Of a stretch of 64,000 nucleotides of DNA, positions 29,861-39,329 are shown piece by piece. Location: contig CAWFOM010000008.1 in NCBI GenBank assembly GCA_963817385.1, forward strand, positions 172,127-236,126. Reading direction: 5' to 3'. The position numbers and the translations under genes are program-made. Positions within the stretch are counted from its first letter, which is position 1, and each line of letters starts with the position of its first letter. The notes below the pieces were generated by a model. The model was not told the origin of the DNA, made no database searches, and saw only the letters and a program-made list of their open reading frames with translations. The DNA comes from an uncultured delta proteobacterium. Its GTDB lineage: Bacteria > Desulfobacterota > Syntrophia > Syntrophales > UBA5619.

Positions 29861-32800
29861 CTATGGTTCCACCCTCTTGTCTTTCCAGAAGAGCAAATTG
29901 GTCCGATTGTCGAAACCGGGAGGATTGGTATCCGCCCGCTGGGTCTGGGCGCCGGTCGTGCCGCTGCCGCTGGTCGTGACGTACAGATCCGAGGTTCCGT
30001 CGGGCCTCACCGAAATGATCGGGGCGGAGGGAATCCCCGTTCCGATTTCCATGCTGGTTACGGGATCGGTTTCCCCCGCTTTGACGAGCGCTGCGGCGCC
30101 CGTCGTGAAATCGAGGCCGTAGATCTTCGCTGCCCCCCCCTGATCACAGGGGTTCGTGCTGCTGGAAGCCGTATACGTGGTCGCGTAGAGGATCCCGCCG
30201 AAGACCGTCGAATTGGCAAGGACCTTCTCGCCCGCGGCCAGGTTGATGTAGTAGCCGGGTACGGAGGTGTCGGTGACGCCCGCTCCACCGGATAGAGACT
30301 GTAAACTGGCGATATTGCGCATCGTCCCATCGTCCTTCACGGCGAATATCTTCCCGCTCGCGGTAGCGTTCGTCGGATCCAACTTGTCGCCGGTGCCCCA
30401 GTAGACCCAGACATTCCCGTCCCGGTCTTTCGTCTCGGCCGCCGAGGTGTATATGGGGCCGCTGCTTGCCTCGAAAAGACGTGCGCCCGTCCAACTGGAC
30501 GTGCTGCAGGAATCGCCGTCCTTCTTGAAGCAGAACTTGAAACGCCACATGTTACCGCCGAGGTCGCCCAGATAGACCGTATCGGTGAATCCGTCATTGT
30601 CCATATCGACGATCGCGGGCGGCGCCGGCATGGGGTTGTTCAGGTTCGCGTCGTCCGCCTTGGTACGGCTCCAGAGGACGTTTCCGCTGTAGAGATCGAC
30701 GACAAAAAACCCCTTGCCGCTCTCCGCGGCGCCCGGCGCAGAGGCCCCCCCGCCGACAAAGCCTACCCACTTCTCCAACCCGCCGTCCAGAATCCTTCCC
30801 ACCATCATCTTGCTCCAGGGCGCGCCCATGTATGCCTGGGCGGATGAGATTCCCAGCCGCCACTTGAATACGGGGGGCAGACTTTCGTCGGTGATATCCA
30901 GGGCATAATACCCGCAATAGTATTGATAAACGGATGTATACGCCTGATTGAAACCGGAATCGCACGATGCGGAGGAAGACCAGAGGTTCGTTCCGGCGCC
31001 CCTCCCTTCCGCGAAAACCATGAGCGTGCGCCACTCTGCCACGCTTTTCGACTTCCCGTCCGCCCAAGAGGTGGGAAGCCACACATCGGCGACCGTGACC
31101 GGGCCGTCGACATAGTACTGATGGGTAAGCGATGTCGGCTCGGTGGCATGGGAGATGAGCTTCAGGCGCGGCAGGAGGTTCGGCGGGATGAAGCTCCACG
31201 CCTCGGCGCCGTCGCTGGTCTTGAAGGCGTGCAACTGTCCTTCGTTCGCGCCGGCGACGACGACCCGTCCCGAATAGGGACTGGTTTTACGGGGATGCGC
31301 CGCCCGGTAGTTGCTAAACGCATTGTTGACATCCCGGACATCGCTGAAGTACTGAGAGGGTTCCCCCACCGTGATCGGCGTCGAACGGAAGACGTCGCCC
31401 AGTTTCCAGTTGTCCGGGTTATAGTTCGACGGACTGGTGTTTTCGCCGCGGATGTAGCCGACCACCGCATCGCGCTGAGCATTTTTTTGTGCCTCCGTAA
31501 GGGTCGTATCTGTTATCCCTAAATCCGCCGGGGTGATATTGGCTGTCGTGAAGTCCTGAAGAAGCCCGCCCTTGTACGTTTTCATTATGCGTTCGGCCGC
31601 CGGTTTGCTTGCCAGCATGGTGCCCGCATCCCAATCGGCCTCCGGTGCCACTTTACCATCGGTGCTATTGATGCTGAACCGTCTCAAATGTCCGCGCCAG
31701 AAAGGATCCCCCGCAATCGGCTGGAAGGAGCCTTCGTAGATATAGTTCTCATCCGCGGTCCGCGATGACTGGATCGACGACTGGGAAAATGAATAGGTGG
31801 CCTCGCGGATGATGTTGATGGCCGCTTTTACGGCTGCGACCAGTTCATCCGCGTTGGCGGCGATATAGGCGTACCCCGACAGATCCAGGTATCCGGGGTC
31901 GTTTGAACTTGCGCGAAAATTCGCGGTCGAGATACCCGTAGTAGTCGGATAGGGTTTGGTAGCGTCATAACAGGCTTCCGTCGAAGCCGAACTAGCCGTT
32001 CCGCAGCTTGTCACGCCCGATGGATAGCAGGCGCCGGGGTTCGTCGTGGCATTGCAGCAGGCGCTGGGGTTCGGCACAACGGCATTGCAGTCGTTGGCGA
32101 TACTATAGGCTGTCGTGCTGCCCGAGTTAGCAGTGTTGGGGTTGTCCGTCCCGCCGTAGTAGGCCATCCAGTTGAGCGTATTGCGCAGATAGGGAGGCAT
32201 CGCGGTACCGAAACCGATGACAAAAACCTTGTAACCCGCATCGCCCAATGCCTTGGCCTTTGCCACGACTTCCCGTCTGTTTTTATATCGTTCACTGTCG
32301 CATTCCGCACCGTCGGCCCCGCAGCCGTAGGTATCCGAACCGTCCGTAATAAGGATGATGAACTTCTGACGGCAGTCCTTGGCATCGTCCGCCGCCTTGT
32401 GGTCGTCGAGGGCCAGCTTGGCCTCTTTCAGCGCTGAAATCAACGGCGTACCGCCGCTGGCGGACTCGGCGCTCACACTGGTGTTTATGCTGCTGTAGCT
32501 GGAGCCGATTGTCTTGACCAAACTGTTGCATCCTCCGGTGTAACTGTTCCCCGTGTCATCGGCGGAGCAGTTGGTAAATCGCATATAGCCGAGTCGAACC
32601 CCGAGGCTGGTTTCGTCCGTGCTGTTGATCGTGTTGTCGTTGTTGTCGTCGAGAATGTTGAAGATGGATCGCTTGGCGATGGCGAGGCGGCTGCAATCTT
32701 TCGTGCAACCACCGGATGTGCACGCCGTGGAGCAGGCGGCCGTTGTACACGGCGTTGTGCAGCCGGTCGTTGTGCACGCCACCGTGCATGATCTACTGTA

Positions 32801-33382
32801 CGAACTATGGGAACTGGCGCAGAAACCATCTCTGCAGTCGGACCAGTTTTCGCTGTAACGGCAATTAGCCGTGTCCGGCGTGCTGCAGGAGGAGTGCGCG
32901 TAATAAGTAATGCCGCTCGCCGCCGAATTGTTGCAAAATCCGTCGGTGCGCCCGCAAGCGGCGCCCCGGCAATTCGCGACATCCGGCGTCCCGCAGGCGG
33001 CGGCAGCGTAAACCGTCGCGGCGCTATGTGAAGTGGAACAAAATCCGTTGCTGCAACCGCTGCCCACGCAATTTGTGGCATCCGCTTCGGTGCACGTGGC
33101 CGCCGCATAGAAAGTAACGGCGCTCTTTGAACTTCCGCAGAATCCGCCCGAGCAACCGGTGCCGCCGCAATTCGTGGCATCGGCATAGCACGAGTCGGTC
33201 GACCCGTACTTCAGGTTATCTCCCGCCGGGTTCCAGGCCATGCTTCCCGAAAGGTCCATGAGGATCAAGGCATCCGGCGCCGTTGTTGTGGTAAAAAGGG
33301 CCGTTTCATCGGCGCGGGCATCGCTGGCCAGCATTACGCCGCAGACGAGTAACATCAGAATCATCATCCTTGTTTTCATCAT
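29861..33382 (-). CDS. pilY1: Type IV pilus tip adhesin PilY1/PilC with vWA domain and Cys-rich insertions
   Basis: Signal peptide, MIDAS DLSGS, GGTPL, ILITDG; beta-propeller motifs LGDVFRSTP, AGANEGQLHAF, WSFIP, YYVDG, DMDNDGFTD, YWGTG. Confidence 0.92.
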   Translation of the reverse strand: MMKTRMMILMLLVCGVMLASDARADETALFTTTTAPDALILMDLSGSMAWNPAGDNLKYGSTDSCYADATNCGGTGCSGGFCGSSKSAVTFYAAATCTEADATNCVGSGCSNGFCSTSHSAATVYAAAACGTPDVANCRGAACGRTDGFCNNSAASGITYYAHSSCSTPDTANCRYSENWSDCRDGFCASSHSSYSRSCTVACTTTGCTTPCTTAACSTACTSGGCTKDCSRLAIAKRSIFNILDDNNDNTINSTDETSLGVRLGYMRFTNCSADDTGNSYTGGCNSLVKTIGSSYSSINTSVSAESASGGTPLISALKEAKLALDDHKAADDAKDCRQKFIILITDGSDTYGCGADGAECDSERYKNRREVVAKAKALGDAGYKVFVIGFGTAMPPYLRNTLNWMAYYGGTDNPNTANSGSTTAYSIANDCNAVVPNPSACCNATTNPGACYPSGVTSCGTASSASTEACYDATKPYPTTTGISTANFRASSNDPGYLDLSGYAYIAANADELVAAVKAAINIIREATYSFSQSSIQSSRTADENYIYEGSFQPIAGDPFWRGHLRRFSINSTDGKVAPEADWDAGTMLASKPAAERIMKTYKGGLLQDFTTANITPADLGITDTTLTEAQKNAQRDAVVGYIRGENTSPSNYNPDNWKLGDVFRSTPITVGEPSQYFSDVRDVNNAFSNYRAAHPRKTSPYSGRVVVAGANEGQLHAFKTSDGAEAWSFIPPNLLPRLKLISHATEPTSLTHQYYVDGPVTVADVWLPTSWADGKSKSVAEWRTLMVFAEGRGAGTNLWSSSASCDSGFNQAYTSVYQYYCGYYALDITDESLPPVFKWRLGISSAQAYMGAPWSKMMVGRILDGGLEKWVGFVGGGASAPGAAESGKGFFVVDLYSGNVLWSRTKADDANLNNPMPAPPAIVDMDNDGFTDTVYLGDLGGNMWRFKFCFKKDGDSCSTSSWTGARLFEASSGPIYTSAAETKDRDGNVWVYWGTGDKLDPTNATASGKIFAVKDDGTMRNIASLQSLSGGAGVTDTSVPGYYINLAAGEKVLANSTVFGGILYATTYTASSSTNPCDQGGAAKIYGLDFTTGAAALVKAGETDPVTSMEIGTGIPSAPIISVRPDGTSDLYVTTSGSGTTGAQTQRADTNPPGFDNRTNLLFWKDKRVEP

Positions 33383-33658
33383 GGCATTTTCCTCCTCAAT
33401 CCGGACCACGTGGCTATATCCACAGGGCCAAATCCGGCGCTCAAGCCGGCGACATATGTATTTATGGAATTCATCAGGATTTGCCCGTCATTTTGCATCC
33501 ATTAACCAAGAACCTTTCCCAGGCCAAACAACCGGTGATGGATCCGGATGAGATTCTCGATGTTGCGATTCAATTTGAACTCCCTTCGATCATAGAGTCG
33601 TTCCCGCCGGCAAGAAAACCGGAGAGTCACGCCCGGAAAAGCGGCTTTCACGAGCCTC

Positions 33659-34141
33659 TTACTCGTATCCGGTGCCCTTGGGGGCGGCATAGCCAATCCC
33701 CACATCGATCCGCACGTTACTGCCGTAGGCTGTATTCATGCCCGTTACTCGGCCGCTATAGGACTTTTGCTCCCAACTGCTGAAGCCCAGCAAATCTCGC
33801 GTAGACGGACCGATAGTGGTCGGGACCAGATTGCTGATTGTATAGAGTGATGCGGGATCCGTGGGATCCACCTGCCGCCGCCGGGCTTCCTCTTCCCCCA
33901 ACAGCTGCGTCACCCCTTCATTCAAGATGGCCGTAAGAGTCAGCGGAGTGCCAATGAAGCCCCTCGTTAGACGGTGAACACCGGTTTCTGCTGCAGAGAT
34001 CGCTTTTTTCTCGCCGGCGATGCGGCTGCTGATCTTCAGATCTCCCGTCGAGACGGAAATCACCAGGTAACCGAGCGCCATGAGGATCATGATCGCCATA
34101 ATCGCCGTTACCAGGGCAAATCCCCTTTGGTTGCCATTCAT
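33659..34141 (-). CDS. pilX: Type IV minor pilin PilX-like
   Basis: QRG/FALVTA prepilin site lacking Glu5, AISAAETG motif. Confidence 0.8.
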   Translation of the reverse strand: MNGNQRGFALVTAIMAIMILMALGYLVISVSTGDLKISSRIAGEKKAISAAETGVHRLTRGFIGTPLTLTAILNEGVTQLLGEEEARRRQVDPTDPASLYTISNLVPTTIGPSTRDLLGFSSWEQKSYSGRVTGMNTAYGSNVRIDVGIGYAAPKGTGYE

Positions 34142-34163
34142 AAACAGTGCACCTCTTCTCAGG

Positions 34164-34898
34164 TTAGCGGATGACATGATTCCGCGGGATGACGCTTGTG
34201 GAATAAACCAACCGCCGTTTCTCCGAATCTTTCTCCTCCGTCTCCACCCAGAGCGTTATATCGATGCGGGCGATGTTCGGGATGCCGGTCGGCGTCGGCA
34301 GTCCCGCGGCGGGTATCTCGGCGCCCTGGGCGTTGAAATACCGAAAGACCGGTACCTCGGCGGTGTTGATGACCCGGACTGCGCGCGGTCTGCCGCTGGC
34401 AACGGTGTCTCCCAGGAATGGCTGGGCGCTGCTGCAGTTCGTCGAACGGGTAATGTACTGATTGTCCGTATCGTAGGCGTAGGTGATGATCTCGTTGGGA
34501 CTGCCGCCTACGACGCCGTCACCGTCACCGACGCCGTCACCGTCAACGTCGGGACCGTTGATGTCCGCCTCGACGGTAATCGATGAGTCGGTTGCGGCCT
34601 GGATTCCCCGGTAATTCTGATTGGCGGATGGCGCGGTGCAGGGGGGCGGAGACGCAGGATTCCTCCACATATTGTCGGTCAGGCTCGCATTGGTCGGATT
34701 GTACGAGGCCATCTGGATTTCGATGCCCATCAGCTCCAGGGCGGCGCGGGCATCCTGGCCGGCGATGACTTTCCGCTCGATATTGGCGGTGGAACGCTGA
34801 CCGGTCGCGACGGCGGCGTAGATCACCGCAATGATCACCAGCCCCACGAAAATCGAAATCAGCACCTCGACGAGGGTATAGCCTGCGGACTTCTTCAT
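34164..34898 (-). CDS. pilW: Type IV minor pilin PilW-like
   Basis: AG/YTLVEVLI N-methylation motif, QDARAALELM...IQMASY, terminal VIPRN. Confidence 0.8.
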   Translation of the reverse strand: MKKSAGYTLVEVLISIFVGLVIIAVIYAAVATGQRSTANIERKVIAGQDARAALELMGIEIQMASYNPTNASLTDNMWRNPASPPPCTAPSANQNYRGIQAATDSSITVEADINGPDVDGDGVGDGDGVVGGSPNEIITYAYDTDNQYITRSTNCSSAQPFLGDTVASGRPRAVRVINTAEVPVFRYFNAQGAEIPAAGLPTPTGIPNIARIDITLWVETEEKDSEKRRLVYSTSVIPRNHVIR

Positions 34899-35326
34899 GA
34901 GCACCCACCAAAACGAAATGGTTCCTGCCGGGTGACAACGATGCTTTCTTTAATGCCCGTAGTATTGAGAGGCCAGCTCACGGTCACCGTAACCCTCCAC
35001 AGGTTCGTGGCAATAAAGGTCGTTTCCGTCTGGACGGTGAAGCCGATGTCACCCGGCTGCGCCGATCCCTGGCCGCTGGTAAACAGGGTCTGGGGAACCG
35101 TCCCCGCCGTGACCACGTTGCAGGGATTCATGATCGCCAGTTCCTGAGTTGTCAGCTCCTTGCCGAGCATCATCGCCGCCCGCCCGAGGTAATCGGTCCG
35201 CGCGGTCGTCTGCAAGGCGGAGGGCTGCATGGAGAGCAACCCCAGCACTCCGATGGAGACGAGCAGGATTGCAATCACCGATTCGATCAGGGTGATACCC
35301 CGGTTATTGCATCGTGAACTGGACAT
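34895..35326 (-). CDS. pilV: Type IV minor pilin PilV-like
   Basis: RG/ITLIESVIA motif, VTVTVSW. Confidence 0.78.
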   Translation of the reverse strand: MSSSRCNNRGITLIESVIAILLVSIGVLGLLSMQPSALQTTARTDYLGRAAMMLGKELTTQELAIMNPCNVVTAGTVPQTLFTSGQGSAQPGDIGFTVQTETTFIATNLWRVTVTVSWPLNTTGIKESIVVTRQEPFRFGGCS

Positions 35327-35780
35327 ATGTTCTTCCTGTTATGTTGACAGTGATATCCGCCCGGGAGCCCAGCCTGTTTATCAGTCTCAGACTTCCCGCC
35401 GACACTGTTCCTCGCTTCTGGAAGTTGACCACTCCCCCTGGGTAATTGACGCTGTCGAAGCGGATGCCGCTTCCGAATGACGCCAGTAACTTGGGCTGCA
35501 GCCAAACGTCCGCCCAGGGGGCCGGGGGAGCCGAACGGGAAAGGGCGTAATTATTGAGAGCGACGTTCAATGTAATGCGATAATCCTGGTTCTCAGCAAC
35601 AACTCTCTGTTTTGCCTCCGAAAAATCACCCATTATTTCTCTTGCCGCGGTCTTCAGGTCGGCGTTGTTTGAATACCGCTGGAGCTGGGGCACGGCGATT
35701 GCCGACACGATCGCAATCAGGGCCATAGCGATGATGAGCTCTATCAGGGAAAATCCTCCTGACGTTCGTGTTCTCTTCAT
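35304..35780 (-). CDS. fimT: Type IV minor pilin FimT/FimU (GspH family)
   Basis: GG/FSLIELIIA motif, VNFQKRG, ITVNITGR. Confidence 0.8.
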   Translation of the reverse strand: MKRTRTSGGFSLIELIIAMALIAIVSAIAVPQLQRYSNNADLKTAAREIMGDFSEAKQRVVAENQDYRITLNVALNNYALSRSAPPAPWADVWLQPKLLASFGSGIRFDSVNYPGGVVNFQKRGTVSAGSLRLINRLGSRADITVNITGRTYVQFTMQ

Positions 35781-35833
35781 ACGGAATTTCTCTTTTTCTT
35801 GAATGTTTTCATAAAGAAACCTGCTTTGCATCC

Positions 35834-35921
35834 ATGATATGAGGAATGCAAACCGATTGTCAACAGAAAACCTATTTCCGTGAGTGAACTACTTCACAGT
35901 TTATGGGTGATCTACTTCACA
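35834..35921 (-). promoter_or_regulatory. Putative sigma70 promoter with two upstream CRP/FNR-family boxes for the minor pilin operon
   Basis: TGTGA-N6-TCAC at 35906-35921 and 35883-35898, then TTGACA-N18-TATCAT. Confidence 0.65.
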
Positions 35922-36055
35922 CTCTCAGCAATGGGGAATTACATATCCTTCGCCGGAAGGGTCCGGTCCCGATCGCAGGGCGCCTGATCCCGGTCTTGCA
36001 TCCGGAGCGCAGGAAACGCCGCATCTGATAAAGAACCGGATTCATCAATAGCTCC

Positions 36056-36832
36056 TTAGATTCGGAAGGAGAAAAAAAGTTCGCTCAGGCAGTTCCCGAA
36101 AAAAAGGTGGATCACTGCCGCCGCACAGAGGAAAGGACCGAAAGGAACCGCATACCGCATGTCCTTCCCCTTCCCCAACATGAGCGCAACCCCCACGACC
36201 GCGCCGAGGAGAGAACTGACGAGGATGATGAACAGGAGGGATTGCCAGCCCAGAAAGGCCCCGAGCATGGCAAGGAGATTTACATCTCCACCGCCCATCC
36301 CCTCTCGCCCGGTCAGCGCCTCGTAGTAAACAGCCACGAAATAGAGGCTGCCGGCCCCAATCATGATGCCGAGAAAGGCATCGATGGCCGCAAATCCCAG
36401 GGAAAAGACGGCCAAAACCGCAAAGACTGGAATCCCACCCAGGGTCAGGACGTGGGGGATAATCTGGTGATCGAGATCGATGAAGGTGATGACGATGAGT
36501 GTGCAAATGAAGAGGAACACGGCAGGAAAGGCAGGCGTTAGACCGTATTTTCGAAAGAGGAGCCAGGAGAAAACGGCGGTGAGGAGCTCGACCAACGGAT
36601 AGCGGTAAGAGATGCGCTCCCCGCAATCACGGCACTTCGCGCCGAGCAGGAGAAAGCTGATGAGCGGGATGTTGTCACGGAGGCGGATCGGATGGCCGCA
36701 GTGCGGACAGCGGGAGGGTGGGAAAACGATGGAGATCCCTTCGGGAATCCGGGAGATGCAGACATTGAGGAAGCTCCCCACCGCGGCGCCCGTCAGGGTA
36801 AAGATGACCGCCAGCCACACCGTCGAAAACAT
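36056..36832 (-). CDS. pilD: Prepilin peptidase / N-methyltransferase
   Basis: GSFLNVCI.R, SRCPHC, DNIP, CRDC, FIDLD, GMGGGD, PFGPFL. Confidence 0.95.
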   Translation of the reverse strand: MFSTVWLAVIFTLTGAAVGSFLNVCISRIPEGISIVFPPSRCPHCGHPIRLRDNIPLISFLLLGAKCRDCGERISYRYPLVELLTAVFSWLLFRKYGLTPAFPAVFLFICTLIVITFIDLDHQIIPHVLTLGGIPVFAVLAVFSLGFAAIDAFLGIMIGAGSLYFVAVYYEALTGREGMGGGDVNLLAMLGAFLGWQSLLFIILVSSLLGAVVGVALMLGKGKDMRYAVPFGPFLCAAAVIHLFFGNCLSELFFSFRI

Positions 36833-36850
36833 GCCTCCACCCTCCGGCCC

Positions 36851-37306
36851 TTAGCCGTCCTTTCGCTCCCAGTCATATGGGATATCATTTTCATGGGGAT
36901 GAACGCGGAATTCATCCGGCTCCCGGTAGTTGTACGCTTCGGTCGGGGTGTTCACGACAATCGCCTCTTCCGGGGAGATGCACTTGAAACCATGAAAGAC
37001 AAAAGGTGGGATGTGAAGGAGGATTGGGTTGTGAACGCCTGCAAAAAACTCATCAACCTCGCCGGCCGTTTTCGATCCTACGCGGCCGTCGTACAGGACG
37101 ATCTTCATCATCCCCCGGACGACCGCCATGTTGTCGGACTGCCTTTTGTGGTAGTGCCACCCCTTGACCACCCCCGAATAGGCGGTGGTCATGTAGACCT
37201 GTCCGAAGCCTGCGAACATCTCGTCATCGGCGCGAAGGATCTCCATCAGCCGTCCCCGCTCGTCCGATATCACCTTCAGCTTCTTGACCATCACCCCCTC
37301 TATCAT
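36851..37306 (-). CDS. rfbC: dTDP-4-dehydrorhamnose 3,5-epimerase family cupin
   Basis: DERGRLME, GVVKGWHYH, IPPFVFHGF. Confidence 0.85.
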   Translation of the reverse strand: MIEGVMVKKLKVISDERGRLMEILRADDEMFAGFGQVYMTTAYSGVVKGWHYHKRQSDNMAVVRGMMKIVLYDGRVGSKTAGEVDEFFAGVHNPILLHIPPFVFHGFKCISPEEAIVVNTPTEAYNYREPDEFRVHPHENDIPYDWERKDG

Positions 37307-37333
37307 CGCCTCTCCTCCCCTTTCCCGGTCCGC

Positions 37334-38062
37334 CTATAGCTTGTTCGCTCCGGTCTTCGCCACCATATTGCCCGCATACTGGAGGGAATCGAAGGTACCC
37401 GCGTCGGTCCACCAACCTTCCAGTATATCCCAGGCGATTTTCCCCTCACGGATATAAAAGTTATTGACATCGGTGATCTCCAGTTCTCCCCGCTCCGACG
37501 GTTTCAGGGTCCTGATGAAATCGAACACCCGGTGATCGTACATGTAGATCCCGATGACCGCATAGTCGGAGGCGGGGGCGGGCGGCTTCTCATCGATCCG
37601 CACGATCCTCTCCCCCTCGAATACCGGTACGCCGAAACGCTGGGGATCAGACACTTCCTTGAGCAGGATGCGGGCTCCTTCCTTTTGAGCCCGGAAGGAC
37701 TCCACGGCCCCCCGGATGTTCGTCTCGATGATGTTGTCACCGAGGATCACGACGATCTTGTCGTTATCGGTAAAATATTCCGCAAGACTCAGGGCGGCGG
37801 CGATTCCCCCCTCTCCTTCCTGATAAGTATAGTTGAGGTGCCTGAGGCCGAATTCCTTCCCGTTTCCCAACAGGCGAAGGAATTCGCCGGCGCTGTTTCC
37901 GCCGGTCACAATCAGGATCTCATCGATCCCGGCGTTCACCAGGGTCCGAAGGGGGTAGTAGATCATCGGTTTGTTGAAGATCGGCAGCAGATGCTTGTTG
38001 GTTACCTTGGTCAGGGGGTACATCCTCGTCCCCAGACCTCCCGCTAAGACGACGCCCTTCAT
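37334..38062 (-). CDS. rfbA: Glucose-1-phosphate thymidylyltransferase (short SpsI-type)
   Basis: LAGGLGTRMYPLTKVTNKHLLP, LGDN, EKP, RGELEITD, WTDAGT. Confidence 0.88.
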   Translation of the reverse strand: MKGVVLAGGLGTRMYPLTKVTNKHLLPIFNKPMIYYPLRTLVNAGIDEILIVTGGNSAGEFLRLLGNGKEFGLRHLNYTYQEGEGGIAAALSLAEYFTDNDKIVVILGDNIIETNIRGAVESFRAQKEGARILLKEVSDPQRFGVPVFEGERIVRIDEKPPAPASDYAVIGIYMYDHRVFDFIRTLKPSERGELEITDVNNFYIREGKIAWDILEGWWTDAGTFDSLQYAGNMVAKTGANKL

Positions 38063-38213
38063 ATCTTTTCTCCTTTCGGTCAAGCCATCGGTAGCGCATC
38101 CATAGCACATTTTCCCGAGAGATCACAACTGGAAAACCCTTCGCTCCGCTGGCATGCGCAGATCGGCCGAAAAACATTTTTCACATCCGTACAGACCATG
38201 GTATAAAAGGATC

Positions 38214-39329
38214 ATGGGAGAAAGAACTGCCATTTTGACCGATGAGGGCTTCATGCGCCGAGCGCTCCGGCTGGCCCGGAAGGGGGAGGGTCGCGTCAGT
38301 CCGAATCCGCTGGTCGGCGCCGTCATCGTTCGGAACGGCCGGATCATCGCCGAAGGGTACCACCGCCGCTATGGAGAGAGCCACGCGGAGATCAACGCCA
38401 TCGAAAGCGCAACGGAGGAGATCGCGGGGGCGACCTTTTACATCACCCTCGAACCGTGCAGCCATTACGGAAAAACACCTCCCTGCGTCGACGCCCTGAT
38501 CGCCTGCCGCCCCGCCCGCGTCGTCGTCGGAACGATCGACCCCAACCCGCTGGTCTCCGGGAAGGGGATCGCAGCCCTCCGGAACCACGGAATCGAAACA
38601 ACAACAGGGGTCCTCGAGGAGGCGTGCCGGCGTCAAAACGAGGTCTTCTTCAAATACATCCGCACCGGCATCCCGTTCGTCACCCTGAAATTCGCGCAGA
38701 CCCTCGACGGCCGGATAGCAACAGCTACCGGTCATTCACGCTGGATCAGCTCTCCTGCGTCGCTCCGCTTCGCACACCGGTTGCGGAATGTTCATGACGC
38801 GATCCTCGTCGGGGCGGAGACCGTCCGGAAAGATGACCCGGAGCTGACCTGCCGCCTTGTCCGGGGCCGGAATCCCCTCCGGGTCATCGTCGATTCGCAT
38901 CTGCGGACCTCGCCGGATGCACGGATATTTACCGCTGGTCCGCATGCTCGGACGATCGTAGCCACGACACACCGGGCGGCGGAAGAGAGGCGGCGGCTTT
39001 TTGCGGATAAGGGGATCGAAACCGTCTCCCTGGGAATGGATCCGACGGGGCAAGTCGATCTGCGCGAGCTCCTGAGCGCCCTGGGAAAAAGGGAGGTCTC
39101 CTCTCTCCTGGTAGAGGGCGGTTCAGCCGTCATCACTTCATTCCTGAAGGAGCATCTTGCCGACCGCCTGATCGTCATCCTGGCGCCCAGGATCGTCGGG
39201 GAGGGGCTCAATTCCGTCGGCGAGATGGGCATCCGGCGGATGGATGACGCGCTTCACCTCTTCTTCCGGCGGATTACCCGCAGCGGCAGCGACCTCATCC
39301 TCGACGTCGGATTCAACCCAGCGAGCTGA
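38214..39329 (+). CDS. ribD: Bifunctional riboflavin deaminase/reductase
   Basis: SPNPLVG, HAE, TLEPCSHYGKTPPC, TLDGRIA, LVEGG. Confidence 0.96.
   Translation: MGERTAILTDEGFMRRALRLARKGEGRVSPNPLVGAVIVRNGRIIAEGYHRRYGESHAEINAIESATEEIAGATFYITLEPCSHYGKTPPCVDALIACRPARVVVGTIDPNPLVSGKGIAALRNHGIETTTGVLEEACRRQNEVFFKYIRTGIPFVTLKFAQTLDGRIATATGHSRWISSPASLRFAHRLRNVHDAILVGAETVRKDDPELTCRLVRGRNPLRVIVDSHLRTSPDARIFTAGPHARTIVATTHRAAEERRRLFADKGIETVSLGMDPTGQVDLRELLSALGKREVSSLLVEGGSAVITSFLKEHLADRLIVILAPRIVGEGLNSVGEMGIRRMDDALHLFFRRITRSGSDLILDVGFNPAS

Noticed and set aside
32693..33208. Multiheme cytochrome (CxxCH) interpretation of the PilY1 Cys-rich region
   Set aside because: No CxxCH motifs; spacing is CxxxC or longer, without a following His.
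33410..33658. c-di-GMP-I (GEMM) riboswitch in the pilX-pilY1 spacer
   Set aside because: GATGCAAAA and GGCAAA words occur, but in the wrong order and without the P2 stem/GAAA arrangement; a cmscan would settle it.
33502..33705. 67-aa ORF between pilX and pilY1 as a pilin or PilY2
   Set aside because: No prepilin motif or signal peptide; overlaps the pilX 3' end.
35883..35921. CRISPR-like direct repeats
   Set aside because: Only two 16-bp units with a 7-bp gap; better explained as transcription-factor boxes. No cas genes in the window.
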